The notes under the pieces are model-generated. The model was not told where the DNA came from and searched no databases. It saw only the letters and a program-made list of their open reading frames with translations. A stretch of DNA of 63,952 bases, the filler included, from Octopus bimaculoides (Eukaryota), in the NCBI RefSeq assembly GCF_001194135.2. It is 5 parts of 5 records of this genome, joined end to end, with 100 filler letters (N's around TTAATTAATTAA, not from the genome) between each part and the next. Parts side by side here need not be neighbours in the genome. Positions count along the whole stretch, not along the records: positions 1 to 16,144 come from NC_068982.1; positions 16,245 to 33,781 come from NC_068988.1; 3 more parts are not named here. One strand, written 5' to 3'. This document shows, piece by piece, positions 11,366 to 23,673 of this stretch (its first letter is position 1; each line of letters begins with the position of its first letter). A program made the position numbers and the translations under genes.

Positions 11366-14056
11366 CAAATTCTCATTTAAAGAAAACCACACGAAGGCCA
11401 AAAAATCATTTCCGTTAAATGAATTTAAGGAAAATTAAAAAATATAGTAAAGAATGATGTATTGCTTGTTGTAATACCACACACTCATTTCCTTGATTTA
11501 AACTGTAGTTATGGCTTAAAAAGGAATATGATCAAAAATTTAATTATTTTTTTCTAAAAAATTCAGTTATCTTGACTGACTTTCTTTTTTTCATTTCGAA
11601 TAAAATTCTCCTCAAGACACAACTTGTTTCACCTCTTTTCCATTTTCCTGTAAGAAATTTTTTTCTAGCTGTTCAAGATGATAAAGTGCATCGGAAAAAG
11701 TGATTTTTCGCTTTCCTGTTTGATTTTCCGTTTCATCAAAAATTTCGGGCTCGTCATTGATAACAAGGTTCTCTATGAAAATTTCTTGTAGATTATTGTC
11801 ATCATAGACAGGTAGATTTAAATTATCAAAGAATGCTGTTTCTTCTTCATCAGTTTCAATTGAATTTTCCCTAACATCCATGTTTCTGGCCGGCATTTCA
11901 GTACTTTTATTTGTACCTTCCCAATTTTTGAAGGCATGATTAAAACAATTATTATTGTGTCGACAGAAACGGAATTCCATGCCTCAATTATGAGTGGAAG
12001 AGCATTGAATAATTTGAATTTCTTAATCTCATCAATGAAATTAATATCTTCCTCGTTTATCATACTTAAATTCCTTAAGAAAATCTTTCTGTAAAAGGCT
12101 TTAAAAGAATGAATAATACCTTCATCAATAGGCTGCATTTTTGATGTGCAATTCGCCGGCAAGTAATATAGTTCTATATTACTCAAATTGATATCGATGT
12201 AATGAACGGCGGCATTATCGAGCAAAAGAAGTAACCATTTTTTCATTAAGCCTTTTCAACCAATCTCTAAATATAAAACCAGTCATCCAAGATTTTCCTG
12301 TATGAACATATTCTAATCCCAAAGCTTCCATGTTAATATTCTTAAAACTCTGTGAAGATTTGAATTTACCGATTATAAGAGACATTATTTTCCCGCCAGT
12401 TCTATTCACACAAAAAGTATTGTAATGCGATCTTTTGAAAATATTCTTGAGGCTCTTTCTTCTGTGTTGAGAACCAGTGTATTTTTGGGAGGACATTTAT
12501 ATAAAAGGACCTGTTTCATCGCAATTAGAGAAATCTTGAGTAGAGCATTTATTGGATTTTTCAAAAAAATCAGAGAATGAGCTCTTTATTACAACGGGAT
12601 TTACTAGTCCTTCTCCAGAATTTGTCCTTGATTTTATGCCGAAATTTTCTTTAAACCGTGTAATTCACGTTTGTGAAGCTTTAAAATCTTTGATTTGAAG
12701 ACAATCTGCAATTTTAAGAGACGTAATCTTCAGTATCTCATTGGTTACTGTGTGAAAATTTGATCTTTTTTTTCTGAATCCACTCAAAGTGGATCGTGGA
12801 TAACTTTTGTAACATTCAGAATTACTAAATTCTTCTTTCCTTAGTGATCTTTTTTTTTTTTTACTCGTATTTGGATTTGTTTTTAGAATACTATTAATAA
12901 CTCCTATTGACATTTTGAATTTCTTCTTCAGTTCCTCTTGTGTCGCCAACGGGTTCTTTTTCTTGTGATTCAACACTTCCAATTTTTGTGAAATTGTATA
13001 TGTTTTTCTTTTGCTCTTTTTATTGTTTACTTTGGCACACATGGCTGTGGTTTATACAAAATTACATTCAAATTTAGAGAAAATTCTGATCTTCTTTCAG
13101 TGCAATGCACCGATTTTATAGAAGAATGGCCAGTATTTAATATTTAATTCGTTTTAAACATAAAAGAACAAGATGTACTTTTTTGTCAAAATATTTATCT
13201 TTATAAATACTTTATCTACTATTTTTAGGATTACATCCCTAAGATTTTAATTTTTTTCTCGTGCGTTTGTTATCAGCTAAATTGAATGCTGGGTTTTCAA
13301 ATAGTCGTGACTGGCTGTTTTTACGTAAATTTTGTAAAAATTGGTCTTGGATAGTTAAAATATCTTAATCACATTTTTTAAAACAAATTATAGTCTAGCG
13401 TGCTTGCTTCTTAATGAATGAGTACTCGTTAATTCGAGAGGATATTAATCAAATTTATGGAAAATTGCAACCGATATACTTGCCTTCGGTTATATATAGT
13501 AGATTATCTATCCTTATTTACGAATAAGAAATAAACTTAAAGCGTTTGATGTAATACCTCCACTTTGACACAAACTTTAAAACTAAAGCTCACATATGCT
13601 ATATACTACCTCATTTAATACTTCATTTACATGTTTACACATACCACATTAAAATAAATGATCATTTAATGAATAAAGTTATGAACTCATCTAACATATA
13701 TGAGACAGCGAACTAACCAGTGTACATATTTAAGTAAAGGATTACTAGTTGCACAATCGGCAAAATAGGCTATTTTGCGGGTCCCGGTATCGTAGCCTAT
13801 TCGAATGCTCTTGTCTCCCATTATTATACAAATACAAGTGATAGACATATCATTATATTATATCAAATTTATCAAAAAATCCCCAAAATATTTCTAAAAT
13901 TCCTTTAAAATCCTTTTTATGTATTCGTTATTCCGAATTTCGTTAAATATCATCTATGTCGAGAGTTTATACACAAACCTTTGCAAAATAAAATTTGGGG
14001 GATCGTTAAATGAAATTTTCGTTAAATGAAATTTTCGTTAAATCAAAATTTGACTG
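11362..14056 (-). mobile_element. Full-length pogo/Tigger-family DNA transposon (~2.7 kb), decayed
   Basis: TIRs CAGTCAAATTCTCATTTAAAGAAA (left) and CAGTCAAATTTTGATTTAACGAAA (right, reverse complement), 21/24 identical. TA follows the right end. Subterminal CGTTAAAT repeats. Internal transposase. Confidence 0.9.
11612..13042 (-). pseudogene. pogo/Tigger (CENP-B/Jerky-like) transposase pseudogene
   Basis: RKTYTISQKLEVL (CENP-B N-terminal HTH), IKDFKAS (Tc5 HTH), NCDETG, KSWMT..F.DWL, LLLLDNAAVH and PANCTSKMQPIDEGII (DDD triad), split by frameshifts. Confidence 0.9.
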
Positions 14057-14362
14057 TATATATATGTGTATGTATGTATGTATGTATGTATGTATGTATG
14101 TATGTATGTATGTATGTATGCATGTATGTATGTATGTATGTATGTATGTATGTATGTATAGATGTATGTATGTATATTGTTATCCAGTAAGGCCTTCCTT
14201 TATGAAGATAGTACTGTGCGATTTGTGGGAGATTTCGCTGCTAATTCTAACATGTCAAATAATCGCATAGAAATACGTTGTGATAAAAGAAAATCGCTTA
14301 AATGTCGTTCCTATTTGTTAGGTATGTTACACCATCGGGCTAAATGCCTTTGTATTATGTAT

Positions 14363-14583
14363 AAGGAGGCGATCTGGCAGAATCGTTAGCAAGCCGGGCT
14401 AAAATCCTTAGAGGAAGTTTGTCCATCTTTACGTTCTAAGTTCAAATGCACCCCATGTCGACTTTACCTTTCATCCTTTCGGGGTCGATGAAATGTGTAC
14501 CAGTTTCATCCTAGGAATCAATGAAATCGACTGGCCACCTCCTCCATAATTTCAAGCCTTGTGCCTATAGCAGAAAGGATATT
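14363..14583 (+). mobile_element. tRNA-derived SINE with core GTCGACTTT(G/A)CCTTTCATCCTTTCGGGGTCGAT
   Basis: Same family at 21928-22109 (-), 43648-43775 (+), ~41140-41250 (-) and partial at ~40460-40505. Superfamily not assigned. Confidence 0.75.
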
Positions 14584-15809
14584 TTGATTGCTTCTTTTTA
14601 ATGCTATGTGTTCTAATCTTGGCAGAGATGCCTTCGTCTTTTATGTGCTTAAGTCGATAAAATATGTGGTATGTTGAGGTCAAATCAATCGGATAGACAA
14701 GTCTACAACAGAAGTGTGGTATTGTGCCAATAATGTAAGACATCGTTATCATCATCATCATTACTATCACCATGCTGTTAAAGAAAATAGCTGCAAGTCA
14801 TATCATTGGCTTTCATGTAACTTATATCTGCAGTCCTCGGCATAATTTTTATATCAGAGAGAGATGGGGGAGAGAGAGGGGGGAGTCGTACAGACTCATA
14901 CTCACAGAACATGTATAGCTGTGTGCTTAAGAAGTTCACTTCGCAACAATGTAGTTCCGAGTTCTATATCCATTGAGCGACACCCAAAGTCGTGCCTTAA
15001 GTCGACTAAGAGTGAAATTGGGTAGATGTCTGTGCGATTGACATTTCTTGTCTTTGGGTGGTAGTTTAATCCATTAGTACAGCATGCCATTCAATATAAT
15101 TAGCTAGATTGTGGTATTTAAAATATAATTAGCTAGATTGTAGACTTAATTTGTCATCCATTTTAACGCCACCATATGGCCCCTTTAGACGGGGAATCCG
15201 TCTGAGGTTTCCAGTGTAAGGATAACTTCCTCTACTTCGCTTTCCATCACTCTTCGGGTACCTGTAAAAAGGTCAAAGGTGCTGTCCTTCCTCCTCTAAC
15301 TAAGCCATTTTCATGGGACTTTTTTGTTGTCTTTTTTGTGGTTTGATCATTTAGATCAGACAAGGGCAATTTGGTATCTTTTTTCCAAGAAGCAGACCAC
15401 ATGAAATAGCTCACATCAAGAAGACCGCAATACTATAAAAAGTGATGGTAATTTTTCGTTAGGCGTACCATTCAGAAACTCCCGCTGGCCGCAGGTTGCT
15501 CATAACTGATTTAGGGCCTCTTAGATCGGTAAGAAGTCAGGAAGTCATCTTCAGACTAGAGATCTCTGAATATTTGCTAAGGAGAGGACTCTGCTTCATT
15601 TACCTAAGGACCAAATAGTGTTGTTAAATCAGGAGAGAGATTAAGTCTACCACTAAATGCAACATAGCACAACTTAAGTGGCGTGTATTACATTGGCTAA
15701 TTTAAGATACCGTGTATACCATGTAATAAAATACACTAGATAGTAGTTTCTGATATTGAGTGGATTGCTTTAGTCGAATACCATCGATCCCAGTACTTGA
15801 CTGGTACTT

Positions 15810-16063
15810 TATGTTACCGATCCCGTCTGTCGGCATTCACTTTGTGAGTCGCCGTGCGAGCGTTCATACCACCGACGCAGCCTGCTTTCTTCCGCCGTTG
15901 CTGCGGCGTCATCGGTGTCTGCGTTTCTCTCTGCCGAAGCCTCTTCCTACCACGCTACTCTCGACTCGGATGAAACTACCCGCCGAACTTAAGCATATCG
16001 CTAAGTGGAGAAAAAGAAACCAAACGGGATTCCTTAAGTAACAGCGAATTAACCGGGAGAAGG
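15810..16063 (+). pseudogene. Orphan rDNA fragment: ITS2-like GC-rich segment plus 5' end of 28S rRNA (~15952-16063)
   Basis: ACCCGCCGAACTTAAGCATATCGCTAAGTGGAGAAAAAGAAACCAAACGGGATTCCTTAAGTAACAGCGA matches the conserved LSU 5' sequence ACCCGCTGAA(C/T)TTAAGCATATC..AAGCGGAGGAAAAGAAAC..GGATTCC..AGTAACGGCGA. The ITS2 assignment rests on position and GC content only. Confidence 0.85.
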
Positions 16064-16188
16064 CAAATATCATACAATATAGAATATATATTGTATTGTA
16101 GTGCATAGTATATCATATTATGTTATATATATATATATATATATNNNNNNNNNNNNNNNNNNNNNNNNNNNNNNNNNNNNNNNNNNNN

Positions 16189-16200
16189 TTAATTAATTAA
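16189..16200. other. Assembly gap spacer TTAATTAATTAA (also 33826, 52246, 61649)
   Basis: Identical 12-mer flanked by 44 Ns on each side, giving 100-bp gaps; it has stops in all six frames. Confidence 0.95.
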
Positions 16201-18091
16201 NNNNNNNNNNNNNNNNNNNNNNNNNNNNNNNNNNNNNNNNNNNNATATATATATATATATACATGTATACACACACATACACACACACACACATATCTTT
16301 TCCAAGCTCAAAGACGTATTATTTTCTTGCTAATGATCTAAATCTAGTGCGAGGCTGAAAACGACCCAGAACGACATGATTTTGTTCTATGAACAAATTG
16401 GCAAAAACTAGGGCCGAGCCTTTTTATATTCCAAGTCTGCATTGAGTTAAGAGTAATCTAATAAGATCGCATCATAAATGTTATTATATAAACGGGAAAA
16501 TTTAATTCCTAATTACATTTGTTGTGAAAATGTAATTATAAATATTAATGTAAGAAATTTAAATGTAAACTGAGCTTTCAACTTTTTTTTTGAGATTAAG
16601 AACATTAAGCTAATACTATGCACTCAACAAAAATATATTACTTATGTAAAATCCAGACGTATTCCTGAAGACCGTACTTAAGGCCCTCGAAGGTCGCTTG
16701 GTACCCACCCCTGTCCTCAACTAATAAATTTCTGGAAATATTTCTATAGTCATGTGACTTGTCCATAACAGTTTATACTGGGTCAGTAACAATCATCACA
16801 ACTCAGAGAAATATGTCAATTTATAAATAATCGCTGAATTAATGGAATTTTTTTCTCGAGGAATATAAAATTACAGAATTAATGACTTTGTTAATGAAAA
16901 ATGGTCGTGTCTTGCTAACACCGTTGTTTAATGTTTTTAATGGTAAAAAGTGAAGAAAAACAAAGCAATCTTAGTGGTCCCTGTCTCTGTGACCCAAACT
17001 AAGGAATTCAGTTAGTAATGATTGGAACACCTTTAACCATATATTTATCTTCAGAAGGAGTGACCTGGGGCTAAGCATCAACACCAATCTCTTGTCAGGA
17101 AAAGCAAATCAACAAAAGGATATTTCTAATGTGCTTCACGAATACTCGATAGTCAAAGTTTTGCTGCTTTCTATAAATAGATTTATTTCCATTAAAATAC
17201 AAAGAATTATGCCAATATAAGAATCCATTATGCCTGCTCCCTACTGAGTTTTCGAGAAAGGAGATATGTCTTTAAAAAATTTGGGTCCACTAAGTATATC
17301 ACTTTCAATATGACTTCCTGTCACGTGCTAGAAAATGTGCAGAGGGATCCCATTTGTTGACCATACATATTTTCTTAACGTCATCTTAGATGTATATACA
17401 GTGGGTTGAGGTTGTAGATTGTATGGTTTAAAAATCCATCTTTTTACTCAAGTTCTAAAATTATGTGTATTTAAATATATGTCAACAATGAATATGGGCG
17501 TTCAAAGACACAAAAGTAATTAAATTCTTAAATTATAATTTCCCTTTCCCTGGGGGTACTTCAACATGTATTTTCTAGTGTGTTGACTGCAATGGTCGCT
17601 GAGATAAGAAGCATGTTTACTGGCTTATGAGACGAGGTTGTTGTTTATAATGCAAGGCCAAGACATTTAACTCTACTTAAACGGCAATCAAATTAATTAC
17701 AAATGTATCACTGAGCACTCCTCTGGATCTGATTAGACGAGAGAGAGAGAGAGAGANNNNNNNNNNAGAGAGAGAGAGAGAGAGGCTCTGACGCTGTTGT
17801 GTATGCTGTAAGTGTATAAACACTTGATTTATCTCGGGATTTGGAAGTAATTATGCTAAATTGATGTCGAGAATGGTGCAAAGCTATTTAATTACCTTCA
17901 TCTATGTATTGAATTCAAATGAAGCAAAGGTCGACTTTGTCTTTCTGACCTTCGAGAAACAATTTATATCGTGGGATCCCTACTATTGACTTCACTTCTT
18001 CACTATACATGTATGAACTTGTCTCAATTATCAAAATCCCTGATTAAGTATTACAATGTTCGTTCAATTACGATACAGCAACGAGTTGATC

Positions 18092-18194
<103 letters not shown>

Positions 18195-19217
18195 GCCAAA
18201 TAATTCTCCTGTTGCGCGAATTTCTCTTCAAAATTCCTGGGCATTGTTTTGTATTTCATTTAACTTTGGTAGGTCTCACCCAGTATAGGCCCAGACCTAT
18301 TCTGACTTAATGGCACCACCTGGTGAAGTCTTTTAGCCATATATGGAGCACCATAACCCACTGTTGCAATTTTATGGTATGGGGTGAACTTTAGTCCTTT
18401 CAAAAGAATTTTAATTTGTTGCGTTGACAGGGTTTATGTGAGAGATTTATAACTTTCGGAATCTTACATTCGATCTGTGCCATCGAGGGTCTTGGTTTCC
18501 GTCCACAAGTCTAAAAAATGGTTCCTCGATTTTAGATTCATCGAATTAGTGTTCTGCACAACCTCGATCTTTTGTAGGTTCTTGGTTTTGGTCGGCCCTG
18601 TCTATAGTTGCCATGACGATTATCTCTAAATCGCAATCACCAGTTCACATTACGCACAATAAACTTTAACCTTAACGAATACAAATTTATAGCCATCAAT
18701 CGGACCATTAGTCACAATTACCACCATCTTCACAAACGTANNNNNNNNNNNNNNNNNNNNNNNNNNNNNNNNNNNNNNNNNNNNNNNNNNNNNNNNNNNN
18801 NNNNNNNNNNNNNNNNNNNNNNNNNNNNNNNNNNNNNNNNNNNNNNNNNNNNNNNNNNNNNNNNNNNNNNNNNNNNNNNNNNNNNNNNNNNNNNNNNNNN
18901 NNNNNNNNNNNNNNNNNNNNNNNNNNNNNNNNNNNNNNNNNNNNNNNNNNNNNNNNNNNNNNNNNNNNNNNNNNNNNNNNNNNNNNNNNNNNCACCACCA
19001 CCACCACCACCACCACCACCTTCAATATAATCATGGACGCAATTATTGCTTTCTTTATCACCACGTTCACTTCCAGCACAGCATGACCAGACCCACAACT
19101 TCGACCCCCACGAAACCATCCAACTTCCACCCCCCTCCACTTCCACCATAAATCCCATCACAATTAAGTCCCACTCCACTACATCTCTTCTAACCCATCA
19201 ACCCCAGCCGTTACAAC

Positions 19218-19257
<40 letters not shown>

Positions 19258-19626
19258 GTCATCACCACCATCATTACTATTATCCTCTGACACTCGCAGA
19301 GACACCCCACTCTTTCTTCGCTTTGACGCGTCTTCTTCTGTCTGTTGGCTTCATGGCGACAAGACAAAAACACCAGAACCGACTAAAATAATAGAACAAT
19401 AAAAGTTCTTTTATTTAAGCACACAATGGTCAACAGTCACTTGCCAAACATTGCCTTTAACTCCCCCCTCTCTCTCTCTCTCTCTCTCTCCTTCTCTCCT
19501 TCTCTCTCTCTCTCTCACTCTCTCTCCCTCCCCCTCTCTCGTTATCACTTCATTTGTTCTTCCTTATCTTTCAATTTCACAAGCATTCATTCTCATTTTT
19601 GTCGATACGCAGGCGCATGCGTGCAA

Positions 19627-19757
19627 GGCATTGGCTGTGTGGTAAGAAGCTTGCTTCCCAGCCGCATGGTCTCAGGTTCAGTTCCACTGAGTGACACCTT
19701 GGCCAAGCGTCTTCTACGATAGCCTCATGTCGACCAAACCTTTGTGAGTGGATTTGA
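19627..19757 (+). mobile_element. tRNA-derived SINE (family beginning TGGCTGTGTGGTAAGAAGCTTGC)
   Basis: A-box-like TGGCTGTGTGG and B-box-like GGTTCAGTTCC. Related copies at 22734-22897 (-), 31584-31742 (+) and ~34310-34401 (-). Confidence 0.75.
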
Positions 19758-20870
19758 ACCTGTTATAAGTGTGTGTGTGTGTGTGTGTATAAACGCTTAT
19801 GTATGAATATATACACAGCTACACATACACACTTTAACACTTCAACTAAATACATGTGTACACACAAAACCTTGACAAAATTCCCTTCTTTGACTATTAA
19901 TCCTCTCCCGGTGAGTTTTTACTCGGCAAACTAATTTCTATTATGTCTCGCATGTCTTCGCTCATTTTTTTCTTTCTTTTCCGCCATTTTCCCCTCTAAA
20001 AGTACAGACGATCAAAGCTGTATCTTCCCAGTTACGCTTTTCAAGCTGAGCAGCCGAACTAATCCTTCTGTTTATCTATTGGTGATGGCGTTAGATTTCG
20101 TTTATAGATTAAATTGATTGAGGGAGCCAGGTTACGACTCCTTAATCTTAGGGGAAGATTTCCTTTTATTTATAATTGTTGGATATATTTTTACCCCATT
20201 TTTACTTTGTTAATATACGAACATACTGCATACACATACATATATAAGTACACACACATACTGACATATACACACATATTTATAAATATAACTACATTGA
20301 TATATATATATATATATACATATGTGCATATGTATATATATGTATGTGTATATGTCTATATATATATATATATATAGACATATACACACACATATATGTG
20401 TGCGTACGTATATAGTAACAACAGCGCCACACATGCACATACATATCCATACAATATATATGTATAAGTGTGTCTGTATATTTGCGTGTGTGTGTGTATG
20501 TGTGTGTATGGTTTCATCTTTCCTCTTTCCTTTCTTCACGAAACTGTCAGCGATTAAAATGCCCGGTCACGTGTGCAGACGTCTACAAAACAGAAATCAT
20601 ACGGAAACCATTGTCGTGTTTCGTTGAAAACAGGTTATTAGTTTTTTCTAGCGGCTTCTTTGCGCGTGAAATGATAAACAAATCATTTTTTATCTTCTTC
20701 TCCATTTTACTTAAATGTCTGGTGTTCTCCTGTTTTCTTATTGCCGGACAGCGCGCGCGCGAGAGAGAGAGAGTGGATGAATGATGGATAGGTACTTCAG
20801 TTCATAGAGACCAACACTCAAATAATATATAATAGTAACCATCTGGGGCTGTCATCCTGAGGTGGGTGCC

Positions 20871-20907
<37 letters not shown>

Positions 20908-21029
20908 AAGTGCGCACGAAATGTGTTCGCTACAAGGTGGTATGTTAATCAAGATAGCTAAGGTCAGAGACTAAATAATAATGAAGATGATGATAGAACT
21001 AATAACAATAAACCATAATGCTATTGTTT

Positions 21030-21064
<35 letters not shown>

Positions 21065-21271
21065 CAGACAAATACATAATAAAAATACCAGGACTTACAA
21101 ATATATATAACATACAGAAAATTGCACTACTGGGCACTGCACACATCCTACGCAAAACACTTTCAATATAGTGACCATAAGAGCATCACAGCAAACCACA
21201 GCACATACCCAAGGCACACAGAGCTGCGCTCGGTAGTGAAGTGAAAGCACGTTATAAAAATAAAACTACTG
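21065..21271 (+). mobile_element. Heavily 5'-truncated Dong/R4-type 3' end embedded in (TAA)n
   Basis: IKIPGLTNIYNIQKIALLGTAHILRKTLSI* (stop 21169-21171), short UTR, and (AAT)n on both sides. Confidence 0.85.
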
Positions 21272-21313
21272 AATAATAATAATAACAATAATAATAATAA
21301 TGATAATAATTAA

Positions 21314-21570
21314 TTCGTTTTATTGGCCACAAGGGCTAATATCAATTAAAAACATGTAAGGACAAAGACAGGACGAAGGTTACCAAAGGTTTTGTCCGAA
21401 AAGGTTGGAAAGTTCGTCTAAACAGAGGAAGAAAACGGAGAAAGATACAACAAATAAATAGATAAATAAATAAATAAATAAATAGAACTCCCAAAGGGGG
21501 AGGCGCTTCGAAAAAGGAAAGGTTACACCCATAAAACCACGGAAGCCTGGTCAGAAAAATAAGAAAGGGA
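21314..21570 (-). mobile_element. LINE 3' UTR, probably L1/Tx1-like
   Basis: Minus strand is T-rich and ends ..TAGCCCTTGTGGCCAATAAAACGAA, with AATAAA running into the microsatellite. Family recognised from memory. Confidence 0.5.
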
Positions 21571-21927
21571 GTTGCTAAATAATCTGGGGAGGAGGGAATG
21601 GGTAGAGTAGTAAGTGAGGAATTGCAGCTAGAAGGAAACGGTACCAGTGTTGTCTAACGGAAAGTCTCAGACAATCGGGAGACCTCGTGTCTTCGCAAGC
21701 TTCACCATCAGAAAGCAAAGAAGCGGTGTAGATTACCATCTGAGATTCGAAGACTGTCCTCACATCCTACCCTATATTGCTACTTTACAGACAGACAGAC
21801 ACACACTCCCTCTCTCTCGTTCTCAAAGAATAGAAAAAAGGCGAAGTTGGCCTCGGAAAGAGTTGAACTCAGAACCTAGTGCAAATACCGCCAGGAATTC
21901 TATCCGACGTTCTTACGATTCAAAGAA

Positions 21928-22109
21928 TTCTTTTATACTCAAGGCACAAGGCCCGAAATTTTTGGGGAGGGGACCAGTCGATTAGAGCAACCCTAGTATG
22001 CAACTGGTACTTAATTTATCGACCTCGACATGATGAAAGGCAAAGTCGACCTCGGCGGAATTTGAACTCAGAACGTCAGGACCGCTAACTTCTGCCAGCT
22101 CGCCGCCTT
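21928..22109 (-). mobile_element. tRNA-derived SINE, same family as 14363-14583
   Basis: GGTACTTAATTTATCGACC..GATGAAAGGCAAAGTCGACCTCGGCGGAATTTGAACTCAGAAC. Confidence 0.8.
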
Positions 22110-22205
22110 ACGATTCAGGGAATTCGTTACAACGATTACTCTTATCTTTTGCTTGTTTCAGTCATTGGCCTGTGGTCATGCTGGGGCACCTTGAAATGTT
22201 TAGTC

Positions 22206-22694
22206 CAGAGGTTTTCAACGTGGGCAGCACTGCCCCAAAGGGTCATTGGACTTGTCGGAGAGGGTGTTAGGCTTTAGGGGGTCGGTGAGGTAACATAACA
22301 TACTTTTTCTTATGGCTGTAATTATATTATATAAAAGATTCAGTGTAGTGCCGAAATTGCTGACTAAGCAACGAAATTAATTTGCAAAAAGTCAGAGAGG
22401 AGACTTATGACTCCTTTTGACTAACATGGAACCTGATATAGAAAATTTAGCGAAATCTCATTTGGCACAGGTAAGCCATTAACCTGTAAAATGTAAAATT
22501 AAATTACAACTTTCGTCTTTATTAATTTTTTTATCATTTCACTGCCAAAAGCTTATAAAATCCATTTTTTGAGTAAAATTTATAAATTATCGTCCATGTT
22601 AAGTTTAGGCATAATACTTCAGTCGCTACTTTGGTGGGCGCTGAGTATATCAAATATTTAAAATGGGGTGCCAAAAAATGTCCAAGAACCACTG
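22206..22694 (+). mobile_element. Non-autonomous hAT (Charlie-type) transposon nested in a SINE-like repeat
   Basis: Termini CAGAGGTTTTC.. and ..AAGAACCACTG. Exact 8-bp TSD GTTTAGTC (22198-22205, 22695-22702). Internal 22366-22482 translates KQRN*FAKSQRGDL*LLLTNMEPDIENLAKSHLAQVSH*, the hAT transposase C-terminus. Confidence 0.9.
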
Positions 22695-23114
22695 GTTTAG
22701 TCGAGCAAATCGACCTCAGTATTTATATTTACTGCGGGCTTCAACACAGTTTCCATCTATCAAGTTCACTGACAAGGCATTGGTCTGCCCAGGGCTACAA
22801 TTGGAGACACTTGCTCAAGGTGCCTCGTAACAAGACCGACTCCGAACCCATATGGTTGAAAAGTGAGTTTCTTAATCAAACAACCATGTCTGCGCCTATC
22901 AATAAGTAAACAGAGGTTCTACATGTATTATACACGCAGTATATAGCCATAGATACATATTTAACTACACATTCATACGAGATAACTATTAAGACATTAA
23001 TCCAAGTGGAAATGCTATAAAGATAATATAGTTATCAGTGACGACGTTGGCAACGGGGAACTGTCTCACCCTTTTTAGATTAATAAACCCAAACTCACAT
23101 CTCTCTCTCTCTCT

Positions 23115-23177
<63 letters not shown>

Positions 23178-23530
23178 ATATGGAAGCCAAAGCATGCGAA
23201 GAGAGAGCTTGATAGTTATATCATTCGGTGTCTAAGGACCCTATGTACGCACATAGTTGTTTCTTAGCCGAGGTAAATATTTAACTCTAAAACCACTGTT
23301 TTATTAAGTAGCCATACTGCGAGACGTTTCTGCATTGTCAGCTGGAGATGTCTTTGAGTGTTATTAAAGCAGCAAATTAGCAGCTGCTGACTGAAGATCA
23401 GAACGGCTGCCTTCTGGAATACCAAACAGTTTGCTATTTTGAGGAGAAACAATTGAAGATCAAAGGAAACACATTTCGCTTTAATGAAGTTAAGAATGTC
23501 TTTGTGAGATTATCATATAAAATATATCAT

Positions 23531-23534
23531 ATCA

Positions 23535-23567
<33 letters not shown>

Positions 23568-23587
23568 CCTATCTATGTCTCTCTGTC

Positions 23588-23624
<37 letters not shown>

Positions 23625-23634
23625 GTCTCTCTCC

Positions 23635-23673
<39 letters not shown>
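23531..23673. repeat. Compound (ATCT)n(GTCT)n(CT)n(ATCT)n microsatellite
   Basis: Direct inspection. Confidence 0.95.

Noticed and set aside
15952-16063. Functional 28S rRNA gene
   Set aside because: Only ~110 bp is present, it carries substitutions in conserved positions, and no 18S, 5.8S or remaining 28S sequence is nearby.
16189-16200. Recurrent TTAATTAATTAA motif (four copies) as a biological element
   Set aside because: It is always centred in a 100-bp N gap with 44 Ns on each side, so it is a scaffolding spacer.
18468-18601. Minus-strand open frame TGPTKTKNLQKIEVVQ..DLWTETKTLDGTDR with a GTAAGA donor
   Set aside because: The acceptor is weak, no partner exons were found, and no motif is recognisable. 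It could be revisited with RNA-seq.
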